A stretch of 64,000 bases of DNA. It comes from an uncultured Poribacteria bacterium (lineage in GTDB: Bacteria; Poribacteria; WGA-4E; WGA-3G). Positions 49,496-59,663 of this stretch are shown one piece after another; the first letter of the stretch is position 1; every line of letters begins with the position of its first letter. The position numbers and the translations under genes were made by a program. The notes beneath the pieces are model-generated. The model worked only from the letters and a program-made list of their open reading frames with translations, was not told where the DNA came from and searched no databases. Where the stretch lies: the NCBI GenBank assembly GCA_958296135.2, contig CATQHZ020000001.1, forward strand, positions 832,001 to 896,000, given 5' to 3'.

Positions 49496-49801
49496 TTTCA
49501 ATCTCCTCACGTGCTTTTCAAAGTGGCACGCTTAAGGGAAATCCGTTTTTAAATTTCGCGAGTGTGTCTATCTTTACTTCCCTTTACTGCATAAACGATG
49601 CCAACTCCGTTTTTGTTACAAATATAGCAAGACAAGGGGTTTCTGCGTTTGGGTGGATGTGTCAAAAAAGACACATGTTATTTTTTGGGGTGTGTAGTAT
49701 TGTTCTGGGTTTCGCGGAATGTGCTTGCATAAAAGGGCGATTTTTGCTAGCATCTGGATTGTTACGGGCCTGAACTTATTTTTTTTGACGAGGTGAACCA
49801 G

Positions 49802-50851
49802 ATGGCAGACAAAATATATCGTATCGGGATTATTGGCTGCGGTGGCATGGGCCGTTCGCATGCCCGGAATTGGGCAAGCACTGGACGCGCCGAGGTTGTC
49901 ACTGCATCGGACATCAGTGCTGCATCCGCTGCAAAGTTTGCTGAGGAATTCTCACTGCCGACGCACTACGCGGATTTCGGAGAGATGTGCGATAAGGAAG
50001 AGTTGGACATTGTGAGCATCACGACGTGGCAGAGCGTTCGTGCCGAGCCGACTATCGCTGCTGCGGCAAGCGGCGTGCTAGGGGTTATCACCGAGAAGCC
50101 GATGGCTGCTTCTGTTGGCGATGCGCAAGACATGATGGACGTTTGTGAGAAACACGGCGTGAAGCTTGTTGTCGGGCACCAACGGCGGTTTAGCCCGCAA
50201 AACTGCGAGGCGCGGCGGCTTATCCAAGAGGGCGCGATCGGCGAGCCACAGGCGATGCTTCGCCGCGATGGGCACGGCTTACTGAATCGTGGCACACACG
50301 AGCTTGATGAGATGCGCTATATCCTCGGTGACCCGGAACCGCTGTGGCTTATCGGGCAAGTGGCCCGGCGCACCGACCGGTGGGAACGCCGAGTCCGATG
50401 CGAAGACCTTTGCATGGCGGAAATCTGCTTTGAAGGTGGCATCCGCGGCGTTTACGAGAGCGATTTGCCGGAACCTGCACTCCGAGGCGATGTCGTCTAC
50501 GGAGACGATGGCCAGCTCCGCCGCGGGGAAAACGGAACGATTGAGCTGCTCAATAGCAAAGCCGCGGGCTGGCAGGTGATTGCGCCGCGCCAGAGTGAAC
50601 CGAATCAGTTTGACGAGATGTTGGCTTGGATCGAAGGCGATATTGACGAGCATCGCAACGCCGGCAAGCATGGGCTCTGCACGATAGAGATGCTGATGGC
50701 GATTTATGAATCGTTGCGGATTAAGAACGTCGTGACGTTCCCGCTGACGACGCGCCCGAATCCGTTGGATTTGCTGGTGGAGGGTGGCGCATTGCCGGTG
50801 TTCGTTGAGGGCCGGTATGACATCCGTGCGCCGTTCCCGGAACAGCAGTAG
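49802..50851 (+). CDS. Gfo/Idh/MocA family oxidoreductase
   Basis: IGIIGCGGMG, EKPMA, GHQRRF, GTH..D. Confidence 0.9.
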   Translation: MADKIYRIGIIGCGGMGRSHARNWASTGRAEVVTASDISAASAAKFAEEFSLPTHYADFGEMCDKEELDIVSITTWQSVRAEPTIAAAASGVLGVITEKPMAASVGDAQDMMDVCEKHGVKLVVGHQRRFSPQNCEARRLIQEGAIGEPQAMLRRDGHGLLNRGTHELDEMRYILGDPEPLWLIGQVARRTDRWERRVRCEDLCMAEICFEGGIRGVYESDLPEPALRGDVVYGDDGQLRRGENGTIELLNSKAAGWQVIAPRQSEPNQFDEMLAWIEGDIDEHRNAGKHGLCTIEMLMAIYESLRIKNVVTFPLTTRPNPLDLLVEGGALPVFVEGRYDIRAPFPEQQ

Positions 50852-51595
50852 GAGAGCCCTCCTGGGGGACAGGTTTTCCGTCGCGCGACGGTGAAAGGGG
50901 CCTCTTTCGCGCGAGGGTGAAAATGCGTCTTAGTCCGTAGGGCGCGGTCCTGTGCTGCGCCATGCGTCGATCAATCGAGGTGAATGGCGAGGAGCAGGTC
51001 TTCGCGCGAGGGTGAAAAGGGCCCCTTAGTCCGTAGGGCGCGGTCCTGTGCCGCGCCATGCTGCGGTCTGCGGAGGAAATGCGGTAGTCCGTGGGGTTTT
51101 GGCGGTTTTTGTGTGGGTCGAGAGATCGCGAGGGACAGTGGACATCTCTGCAGCGAGGCGGCAGAGATGACAAAGTTTCGGCGTAACGGCCCTCGCGCTA
51201 CGGTAGAAGGAGCGGTTTTGGGGGTCGGTGAAAAGGGCCCCTTAGCCCGTAGGGCGCGGTCCTGTGCCGCGCCGTGCGTCGATCTGCAGAGAAGAGTAGC
51301 GCAGTCCTGGGGCTTCTGTCGTTTTTTGTGTGGTTCGAGGGATCGCGAGGGACAGGCCCTCGCGCTACGGTACTAAGGGGCCGTTTTGTGTGGATCGAGA
51401 GATCGCGAGGGACAGGCCCTCGCGCTACGGTGAAAAGGGGCCGATGGTGGAAGGGGCTGTTTTGAGGGATCAGGGGATCGCGAGGGGAACCCTCGGCGAT
51501 TCGTGATCGCCGGGCCCTCGCGCTACGGAAGAAGGGATGCTACGGTGAAAAGGGGCCGGTGTATCGAACATCGAGACCAGGAGGTCTCTCCTACC
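50849..51595. repeat. Mosaic REP array (~0.75 kb)
   Basis: Same hairpin families as other arrays. Confidence 0.9.
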
Positions 51596-51632
51596 GGAAA
51601 ATGGGAGAATTAAGAAGATTGCAATTTTAATG

Positions 51633-51661
51633 TTGACAATTGCACAAAAATGTGGTATACT
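51633..51661 (+). promoter_or_regulatory. Sigma70 promoter of LTD locus 2
   Basis: TTGACA-17-TATACT; spacer ends CAAAAATGTGG as in locus 1. Confidence 0.85.
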
Positions 51662-51726
51662 ATGCTATGCTGTAACTGATTTGGGCGAGATGTGAAATGT
51701 CGCCCCTTACGTCTAGGAGAACGAAC

Positions 51727-51897
51727 GTGAAAACTCAACAGGCTTTCATTACGATGGATAACCCTATCCGTCCGAATAGCACCGGTGCATTGACGCTGCA
51801 GCTGCCGTGGCTGCGCGCGGTGTTCACGTTCGCGCGCGGTGTTGTGACACTGCGTTCTCCTGAAACACTCGTACCCCCCCCCCTTTACATATATTAA
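51727..51897 (+). CDS. Leader ORF with C10 tract (56 aa)
   Basis: AGGAG RBS, GTG start, MKTQ...DNPIR...LRAV.TFAR...VPPPLYIY*; homologous to 21172-21336. Confidence 0.65.
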   Translation: MKTQQAFITMDNPIRPNSTGALTLQLPWLRAVFTFARGVVTLRSPETLVPPPLYIY

Positions 51898-51976
51898 CCA
51901 TTGCGAGCTCGGTAGGAAGGCGATCCGGGGGACACCCCTGCCCACTTCCGCTGCAGAATTCCCTTTTAGAGCCCAG

Positions 51977-51999
51977 GCGCGCTTTCCAAGCGCGCTTTT
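51977..51999 (+). terminator. Terminator-like hairpin inside leader region
   Basis: GCGCGCTT-tcc-AAGCGCGC followed by TTTTcgtgttgtt. Confidence 0.45.
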
Positions 52000-52148
52000 C
52001 GTGTTGTTGCGTAGGTACTTCTTGCGCTCGGGGAAGGCATCGGGACGAGGGGATTTCTCTCAGGTGGGCAGGCATCGCAATCGGCTAGCACGCACGGCAC
52101 TGCCGCAACCGGTGCGGTGCCGCGCCATAAATTGAATGAGGAATTTAA

Positions 52149-55100
52149 ATGATGATGAAAACTTTTTTGAACGCTTACGTTTTTCTGTTCCTTGTTGGGG
52201 TCGTCTTCATGGCTGCCCCGATAGCCGCGCAAGCGCAAGAAGATACCACGCCTCCGAGACCAATCACTTATGTTCCGGGTGAACAATATCCGCTCTCGTT
52301 CGTGAATGCAGCCGGTGCGACGTTGCCCTATGCACCGCATACCGGGCGTTCTCGCACTGCACGTGTGGTCAGAGACTGCAATGGGTATCCGTTTGATACG
52401 ACGTTCGGAGCTGCTTTCGCTGTGTTGTGTGATGCAGTGGATACGGAAACGTTCTACTCCACTCCTGAGCCGTGGGGGGTTGCCTATTACGGTGTCGGCG
52501 ATACCATCTATCTTCGTTGGGAATTTGACGAAAATGTGACGGTGACCGGCACGCCGAAATTGGAATTCTGGTTTAAGTCACATTCTCTCGCCGTCGGCGG
52601 TGACGGCCACCCGGGCTCGCGCTGCGCAACTCTCAAAGCCGGTGAGGGAAATGGCTCGAGCAACACACTTACCTTTGAATACACGGTGGAGCCGGGTGAC
52701 TATAACCCGGGTCTCACAATTGTGTCAGCGTTTTGTAGGCCCCATGACTTCAGCATAACAAATAATCATGACTTCAGCATAACAGATAATGTTGGCAACG
52801 AATTTGATCCAATCTCTCTAGGGGATTTTGGGTGGTTTGTAGCAAAACCGACGGCTAGAAGAGTTGATGGGATAAGCCCGTCGGTGAGAATCACCGGCGT
52901 GATATCGGCAGACTCTGAGACGCACGATGGGGATTACTTGAAACAGGAAGTCTTTGTTGAGACGCTTGAGCATAGTGTGTTACAGGCGGCCTCTCCCGTG
53001 CGCGTTTCTGGCGTGAAGACAGGCCCCTTTACGGTGGAAATCAGATTTTACGAAAACTTGGAAATACTCCCTTATCCAACACATGTTCTTGAGAGGACTG
53101 ATGTCGCAGAGGAGCCCGTGGGCTTTGAGGGAGATGACATCCAGGTGACTGATGCGAGTGGCAACGTGTTGGCTTGGCATGTCTCACCACCGACGTTTAT
53201 CGGGCTGGACCATCGTGCTACATTGCGCGGGGCCCATGGTCACGAGGGCCGTGCTGGGAATAAGGCCTATGTGGGCGAAGCAATCTGGAAGCCCTCGTTC
53301 GCGGTTTACAAAGTTACCATTACACCGACTGATTTTGATGGCGGTGAGGTGAGCATCCAAGTGCCTGCAGGTGCCACGCAGGACATCGCCGGTAACCCCA
53401 ATCACGTATCCAATACGTTAACCGTGTCTGTAGGGGACTTGAGCCCCCCGGTCGTGCAAAGCCTCCGGTTCGTTGAAACCGCAAGCGAGATATACACTGT
53501 CGGCGATGAGATTGCGGTTGAGGTGACGTTCGACGAAGACGGTGTCCGTCACGATGGCGGTGCGGCCAATCCGCCGTATCTGACGCTCTATTTAGGGGAG
53601 AGGACGCTGGCGAATGAACGGCATGCGACGTGGCAGCCGAACTCGGAACGCACGGGTTCAACGGTAGTGACGTTCGTGTATCCTATCCAATTCGGAGATG
53701 CGGCTGAGTCGGTGAGTGTGAAAGCGACGGGGATTTCGGTTCCTGTGGGGGTGACGGTGAGCGATGCGGATGGGAACCAGATTGTTGGGGCATCGTCTCG
53801 GGCTGAGCCGCCTGGGACTGCGCCGGATGAGGAGACACCTGCGTCGGATATGCAGTTGCGCTTTGAGGATGCCACCTTGCGTGAGATTCGTGAAACGGAA
53901 GAGAAAAAACCTGTCCACACCATTTTCCCGGTGCTAGAGACGGCGGATCCGAAGTCTCCCGCCTCCGATGTGCCGCGCAGCCCGTTGGTGTTCAACGAGT
54001 TGGGCAATGGCAGTGGTGCTGCAAATGACTGGCTGGAATTGCGGAATGTCACGGGTTCGGCTGTCTCCTTGAAAGACTGGGAGCTCAGCGTCGTGCAAGA
54101 TGACAAAAAGGAAGATACGTCGCTCATTGTGTTTCCGGATGCCAGCGTGCCGGCGAACGGCCTGCTGTTGGTAACAAACAGCGCGCCAGAGAAAACGCCG
54201 CTGGCGGGTGGTGAGAAGAGAGGGTTGTCGCATGCGTTTTTGGTGGATGCGGGGCTCTCGCTGCCGGATGATGGGAAGTTCCTGTTGATTCTCCGTAATG
54301 CGAAGGATAAGCTTGGCATGAACGCGGCGTTCGTGGATGTCGCCGGTGGCGGTGGCAGTGACACGGATGCGTTCGTCCGCGAGCAGACAGGCGACTACGA
54401 TACGCACGTCTGGCCGTTGCAAGTGCTACAAGCTCCCGGTGGTGACACCGAAGACGCGCTAAGTTCGGGCAAAGTGTGGCAGCGCGCGAAAGCGGATATC
54501 ATTGGGTATCATAAAGATGCCTGGGCGGAAGCCGCCTTCACCGGTATCGGCTATGATAGGAATGTTTCCAAGTCGGCGGCGACAGCAGGCACGCCGGGGT
54601 ATCCGAATGGTGCCGTGAAAACGGCAGCAGCTACGCCGAAGGGTGCTATCACTATCAGCGAAGTCATGTTTGATTCGGGTGGTGGCACGCTGCCGCAGTG
54701 GATAGAACTCTATAATGCGTCCAAAACGGAGGCCCTGAATCTGAATCGGTGGCAGCTGGAGTTCCAGAACGTCGATTCGGAAGACTTGGTAGGGCGGCCG
54801 ATTGTGGCGTTAACGTTGCAGGAGAAGGTGATTCAGCCGAATCAGACGCTGCTGCTCGTCGCGGGTGCTGCGCGTGCCTCGTCGGCGGATGTTTTCCCGG
54901 CCGATAGGGTTTACAATCTGTTGGCTTTGCATCAGCGGAACCTGCGCATCAAGACTGCGCGGGATACGTTCCTGAGTGCCGAGGGCTTCTATCTGAAGTT
55001 GACAGACGGCAATGGTAACCTCGTAGACGAGGTTGGCAACACCGATGGCAATCGTCGGACGAAGGATGCGCCGGCGTGGGCGTTACCGGTGAGTGGCGAG

Positions 55101-55637
55101 GCAGGCGTTCGGAGCTCGCTGATTCGGCGTTACAAGGATAACGTGGCGCGAGATGGGAAGGAGAAGGCCAGCTGGGTCTTGTCTGCGAACATCCGGCAGG
55201 TTGCCACGGGCGAACTCCATTATGGGCATGCGGAGGACATCGGCACGCCGGGGTATCGGAAAGGCGGTGCGTTGCCGGTGGAATTGTCAAGTTTCACCGT
55301 GGCGCGCACGGAGGCCGGTGCGGTTGTCGTGACCTGGACGACTGAGTCTGAGGTGGATAACGCCGGGTTTAACCTGCGTCGGAGTGAGCGGCGCGATAGT
55401 GGGTTCACGCTTTTGAATGCTGCGTTGATTGCGGGTGCTGGCACGACGGGTGAGCGTCAGACGTATACGTATATGGATACGTCCGCGAAGCCGGGTGTTG
55501 CGTATTACTATCAGATTGAGGAGGTCGCGTTTGATGGCCGGCCGGCGACGTTAGTGACGCGTCGGTTGCGGGGCCCTGTTTCACCTGCGCATCGGCAGTT
55601 GACGATGTTTGGTGCTGTGAAGCAGCAGGCGAAATAA
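52149..55637 (+). CDS. Large secreted lamin-tail-domain/Ig-like surface protein (1162 aa), paralog of 21909-25802
   Basis: Signal peptide (AQA), Ig-like units, two LTDs, LPVELSSF domain, TMFGAVKQQAK tail. Confidence 0.88.
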   Translation: MMMKTFLNAYVFLFLVGVVFMAAPIAAQAQEDTTPPRPITYVPGEQYPLSFVNAAGATLPYAPHTGRSRTARVVRDCNGYPFDTTFGAAFAVLCDAVDTETFYSTPEPWGVAYYGVGDTIYLRWEFDENVTVTGTPKLEFWFKSHSLAVGGDGHPGSRCATLKAGEGNGSSNTLTFEYTVEPGDYNPGLTIVSAFCRPHDFSITNNHDFSITDNVGNEFDPISLGDFGWFVAKPTARRVDGISPSVRITGVISADSETHDGDYLKQEVFVETLEHSVLQAASPVRVSGVKTGPFTVEIRFYENLEILPYPTHVLERTDVAEEPVGFEGDDIQVTDASGNVLAWHVSPPTFIGLDHRATLRGAHGHEGRAGNKAYVGEAIWKPSFAVYKVTITPTDFDGGEVSIQVPAGATQDIAGNPNHVSNTLTVSVGDLSPPVVQSLRFVETASEIYTVGDEIAVEVTFDEDGVRHDGGAANPPYLTLYLGERTLANERHATWQPNSERTGSTVVTFVYPIQFGDAAESVSVKATGISVPVGVTVSDADGNQIVGASSRAEPPGTAPDEETPASDMQLRFEDATLREIRETEEKKPVHTIFPVLETADPKSPASDVPRSPLVFNELGNGSGAANDWLELRNVTGSAVSLKDWELSVVQDDKKEDTSLIVFPDASVPANGLLLVTNSAPEKTPLAGGEKRGLSHAFLVDAGLSLPDDGKFLLILRNAKDKLGMNAAFVDVAGGGGSDTDAFVREQTGDYDTHVWPLQVLQAPGGDTEDALSSGKVWQRAKADIIGYHKDAWAEAAFTGIGYDRNVSKSAATAGTPGYPNGAVKTAAATPKGAITISEVMFDSGGGTLPQWIELYNASKTEALNLNRWQLEFQNVDSEDLVGRPIVALTLQEKVIQPNQTLLLVAGAARASSADVFPADRVYNLLALHQRNLRIKTARDTFLSAEGFYLKLTDGNGNLVDEVGNTDGNRRTKDAPAWALPVSGEAGVRSSLIRRYKDNVARDGKEKASWVLSANIRQVATGELHYGHAEDIGTPGYRKGGALPVELSSFTVARTEAGAVVVTWTTESEVDNAGFNLRRSERRDSGFTLLNAALIAGAGTTGERQTYTYMDTSAKPGVAYYYQIEEVAFDGRPATLVTRRLRGPVSPAHRQLTMFGAVKQQAK

Positions 55638-55639
55638 AA

Positions 55640-56395
55640 GTAGGACGGGGGCTGTCCCTCGCGATGCAGAGAAAACGGCCGTGGCTCTTCGGGGTTGCGG
55701 CTGTTTTCGTTTGGGTTGGGCGATGGCGAGGGGCCCCTTCTACCGTAGGGCGCGGTCCTGTGCCGCGCCATGCATTGGTCTATCAAGGGGGCTTTCTTGT
55801 TGCGTGAACGATCGCGAGGGACAGTGGACATCTCTGCAGCGAGGCGGCAGAGATGACAAAGTTTCGGCGTGACGGCCCTCGCGCTACGGTTAAAAGGGCC
55901 CGTCGGTGAAAAGGGCCCCTTAGTCCGTAGGGCGCGGTCCTGTGCTGCGCCATGCCTCGGTCAATCAAGGGGCTTCGCGAGGGACAGGTTTTTGCGCGAT
56001 GGTGAAAAGGGGCCTTTCTTGTCGGTCGAGGGATCGCGAGGGACAGGCCCTCGCGCTACGGTTAAAAGGGCCCGTCAGTTAAAATGCGCCTTAGTCCGTA
56101 GGGCGCGGTGCTGTGCCGCGCCATGCATTGGTCTATCAAGAGGAATCGCGAGGGACAGGTTTTCCTTCGCGCGACGGTGAAAGGGGCCTTTCTTGTCGCG
56201 TGGACGATCGCGAGGGACAGGCCCTCGCGCTACGGTAGAAGGAGCGGTTTTGAGGGTCGGTGAAAAGGGGCCCTTAGTCCGTAGGGCGCGGTCCTGTGCT
56301 GCGCCGTGCATCGGTCTGTAGACGAACATCGAGACGCGGGAGGTCTCTCCTACCGGGGGATGAGTTTTCTGTCGCGCGAGAGTGAAAAGGGGCCG
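55640..56395. repeat. Mosaic REP array (~0.75 kb)
   Basis: First ~130 bp closely resemble the sequence just after the locus 1 stop (25805 onward). Confidence 0.9.
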
Positions 56396-56496
56396 TTAAG
56401 ATTATTTGCAATAAACGTTGCTTTTATGGTAAACTATCTCCAGAATGTTAACGAATTTTCTTTTTATCCATTTTATCCATTTTCAGAGGAGAAACT

Positions 56497-57462
56497 ATGG
56501 AAACAGTCAAACTCGGTTTTATCGGTACGGGGGGCATGGCTGGTGCCCACATGCGCAATCTCAAGGACAATTTTGCGGATGTTGAATTCACGGCGATGTG
56601 CGATGTCTCGGAAGACCGCGCCAAACAGCGCGCCCAAGAATTCGGCGGTAATGCTTACACCGACTTCCGGGTCATGTATGACAAGGAAGAGTTGGATGCG
56701 GTTTATATCTGCACGCCGCCGTTTGCACACGGTGAACAAGAACGCATCGCTTGTGAACGCGGCATCGCCATGTTCATCGAGAAACCCATCCACTCGGAAC
56801 TGGAACCGGCCGTGATTATCAACGATTACATTGAGCAGACCGGCGTGATTACGAGTGTCGGCTACCATTGGCGTTACGGTGGCAATGCGCAAAACGCAAA
56901 GGCGCTGCTGGATGCAGAGCCCCAAGTCCTCGGTGCACTCGGTTATTGGGTGGGCGGGTTGCCCGGTACCCCGTGGTGGCGCGTCCGCGCGCAATCCGGC
57001 GGCCAACACGTTGAACAGACGACGCACATTTTCGACCTGGCCCGGTTCCTCATCGGGAGCGATGGGAAGACTGTGCACGGTGTCGCCGCCAGCGGCAGCA
57101 TGACGGATATCCCGAATTATGATGTGGACGACATCAGCATGGTGAACATTGAGTTCCAAAACGGCACCGTCGCGAACATTGTCTCCTCTTGTGCGATGGA
57201 AGGCTACGGCCGCGTGCAGCTGGAAGTGTTCTGCCGGGGCCTCGTTGTCACCGTCGGCGGCCCGAACAACTTCAACCGCAAAGGTGAGACGGAACCGCTG
57301 GGCGGCGAAGGTGGTGCAGACCGGGATAGGGTGTTCATTGACGCGGTGAAGAGCGGCGACGGTTCACAAATCTTGTCGTCCTATAGCGATGCGTTGCAGA
57401 CGCTCCGCATTATGCTCGCGGCAAGCACCTCTTTCCGCACGGGCAAAGCTGTTGATCTTTAG
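56497..57462 (+). CDS. Gfo/Idh/MocA family oxidoreductase
   Basis: GFIGTGGMA, CTPPFAH, FIEKP, SGG..VEQ.TH..D; GAGGAG RBS. Confidence 0.92.
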   Translation: METVKLGFIGTGGMAGAHMRNLKDNFADVEFTAMCDVSEDRAKQRAQEFGGNAYTDFRVMYDKEELDAVYICTPPFAHGEQERIACERGIAMFIEKPIHSELEPAVIINDYIEQTGVITSVGYHWRYGGNAQNAKALLDAEPQVLGALGYWVGGLPGTPWWRVRAQSGGQHVEQTTHIFDLARFLIGSDGKTVHGVAASGSMTDIPNYDVDDISMVNIEFQNGTVANIVSSCAMEGYGRVQLEVFCRGLVVTVGGPNNFNRKGETEPLGGEGGADRDRVFIDAVKSGDGSQILSSYSDALQTLRIMLAASTSFRTGKAVDL

Positions 57463-57537
57463 GTTGAACGATTTTGTTTATTGGGCGGGTAGAGATGTCC
57501 GCCCTTATGGTATCCGGATTGCAGGGATGTTGAGAGT

Positions 57538-57706
57538 ATTGCATCGAGACGCGGGAGGTCTCTCCGACGGTATTGCATCGAGACGCGGGAGGTCTCTCCT
57601 ACCGGGGGGATGTTGAGACGCGGGAGGTCTCTCCGACGGTATTGCATCGAGACGCGGGAGGTCTCTCCGACGGGAGGGGAGTCAAGACGCGGGAGGTCTC
57701 TCCTAC
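57538..57706. repeat. Five tandem gagacgcgggaggtctctcc REP units
   Basis: Directly visible, 31-38 bp spacing. Confidence 0.88.
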
Positions 57707-57755
57707 TGAAGAGTGTTGTCCGGGTACGCGAAAAGAAGAAAGAAAAGGAGAACTC

Positions 57756-58514
57756 ATGGCAATTAACCAATCAATCTGTTTTGGCGGTTTCAGCCGCGGT
57801 GCGGAAGATCCGAAAGATGTCATCCGTAAGGCTGCTGAGATTGGCTATAAATCCGTTGAAATGCTCCCCACGGAGCTCTGGCCGGTCGTGCGGGACTGCG
57901 GTATGCGTGTTGCGATTATCGTCGGACATGCCTCGCTTCCCGATGGCTTAAACAAGCGCGAGAACCATGATAGGATCGAGGACGAGATTCTTAAGAATAT
58001 TGACATCGCTGCGGCGAACGATATCCCCGGTCTGATTTGCTTCTCTGGCAATCGTGAAGGGAAATCGGAGGCGGAGGGACGCGATAACACGATAGAAGGG
58101 TTGTCGCGCGTTACCAAAGCGGCGGAGGAGAAAGGGATCAACCTCTGCATCGAACTGCTCAACAGCAAAGTCAACCATCCGGATTACCAGTGTGATAAGA
58201 CGGAGTGGGGTGTTGAGGTGTGTAAGGGTGTCGGTTCGCCGCGTGCGCTGTTGCTGTACGACATCTACCACATGCAGATTATGGAGGGCGATCTCATCCG
58301 CAATATCACCGATTATAGTGACTATATCGGGCATTACCACACGGCGGGGAACCCCGGTCGCCGCGATCTGGATGACGAGCAGGAGATTTACTATCCTGCC
58401 GTGATGCGCGCTATCGCGAAGACTGGGTATGACCTCTACGTGGGGCATGAATTCGGCCCTAAAGGGGATGCGATTGCCGCGATGCAGGCGGCGTTTGATG
58501 TGTGTAACGTCTAA
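57756..58514 (+). CDS. Hydroxypyruvate isomerase-like TIM barrel protein
   Basis: ELLNSKVNHPDY, LLYDIYHMQIMEG, HYHTAGNPGR, VGHEF; AAGGAG RBS. Confidence 0.88.
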   Translation: MAINQSICFGGFSRGAEDPKDVIRKAAEIGYKSVEMLPTELWPVVRDCGMRVAIIVGHASLPDGLNKRENHDRIEDEILKNIDIAAANDIPGLICFSGNREGKSEAEGRDNTIEGLSRVTKAAEEKGINLCIELLNSKVNHPDYQCDKTEWGVEVCKGVGSPRALLLYDIYHMQIMEGDLIRNITDYSDYIGHYHTAGNPGRRDLDDEQEIYYPAVMRAIAKTGYDLYVGHEFGPKGDAIAAMQAAFDVCNV

Positions 58515-58537
58515 TCTGCATCTTGAGCGGTGCTCTG

Positions 58538-58970
58538 GTAGGCGCGGTTTTTAACCGCGCCTATTGATGATGCGGGGTTTCGCGAGGGGCACCCTCGGCG
58601 ATTCGCGCTCGCCGGGTTTTCCCTCGCGCTACGGTGGAAGGGGCCTCTCTCGCGGGTCGAACGCTCGCGAGGGGAACCCTCGGCGATTCGTGCTCGCCGG
58701 GCCCTCGAGCTACGGTACTAAGGGGCTTCTTTCGCGCGAGGGTAGAAGGGCCCTTAGTCCGTAGGGCGCGGTGCTGTGCTGCGCCATGCCTCGGTCTATC
58801 AAGGGGTTTCGCGAGGGTTCCCCTCGGCGATTCGTGCTCGCCGGGTTTTCCCTCGCGCTACGGTGGAAGGGGCCTCTCTCGCGGGTCGAACGCTCGCGAG
58901 GGACAGGCCCTCGCGCTACGGTACTAAGGGGCCTTGCGAGGGACAGGCCCTCGCGCTACGGTGGAAGGGG
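58538..58970. repeat. Mosaic REP array
   Basis: gtaggcgcggtttttaaccgcgcctat palindrome, then loop-expanded cgcgaggg...ccctcgcgctacgg units. Confidence 0.88.
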
Positions 58971-59094
58971 TGGGTTTGCAACGATGAGCGGGCAAGTGTT
59001 CTGTTGGAACAGAGCCGTGCGGAAAATTTGTCTTGCATTTGATGCGAATTGATGTTACAATTGTGACATTGATATCAGGAGGCCTCTGAAACTT

Positions 59095-59484
59095 ATGGCA
59101 TTACCCTTTGAAGACTCTCCGTTTGACGATGTCTCGCTGCGGGGAGAGGCGCGGCAAAAGCTTGCAGACCTGCGCGAAACAGCGAAAGAGAATAAGGATG
59201 GGAAACCTGTCGCGGAGGCGGCGTATGAAGAGGCACTTTCCGTGCTGGGGCGGCTTTCTCGGCATCTTCCGTTTCCGGAACTGGAAGTGTTGGACGATGG
59301 CGCGATTTGCATGGAATGGTTTCCGAGGAAAGGGATGGTTACCATCAACGTCTATGGGGATGCGTACGTCTTTTTCGGTGCGACGTGGGGCAAGCCGAGC
59401 AAAATTACGGGGGTTTGCGAGCTCTCCGACCCGCTGATTTTGCCCACTTTCCTGAAAATGTTAAATGATTCATTTCGGAGGTAG
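59095..59484 (+). CDS. Hypothetical protein, paralog of 62270-62797 C-terminal domain
   Basis: AYEEA...P.P....L.DG.I..EW...KG..TI..YGD pattern shared; AGGAGG upstream. Confidence 0.75.
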   Translation: MALPFEDSPFDDVSLRGEARQKLADLRETAKENKDGKPVAEAAYEEALSVLGRLSRHLPFPELEVLDDGAICMEWFPRKGMVTINVYGDAYVFFGATWGKPSKITGVCELSDPLILPTFLKMLNDSFRR

Positions 59485-59663
59485 CGTTGTAGCCGTAGCC
59501 GCTCTCTGCTACGTCAATTTTCCATTCGTAAACAAATGGCAGAACATAAAAATACAAGGCTTACGCAAGATTCATAATTCTTGTCCGGTAGGTTCGGTTT
59601 GTCTGCGCGCTTTGGCGGCGCGCCTACGGGGCTCTGCTGCGTAATGCCTAAGGAGATTCTAAC

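Noticed and set aside
21909-55637. Diversity-generating retroelement behind LTD variation
   Set aside because: No reverse transcriptase and no template/variable repeat pair with adenine-specific differences seen.
57538-57706. CRISPR-like repeats
   Set aside because: Linkers are only ~11-18 bp and partly repeated; REP family.
57573-57755. Long N-terminal extensions in the ORF track (also ackA, hisD, epimerase, MBL hydrolase, FN3 protein, 62748)
   Set aside because: They cross repeats, intergenic DNA or neighbouring genes; downstream ATGs fit RBS and family starts better.
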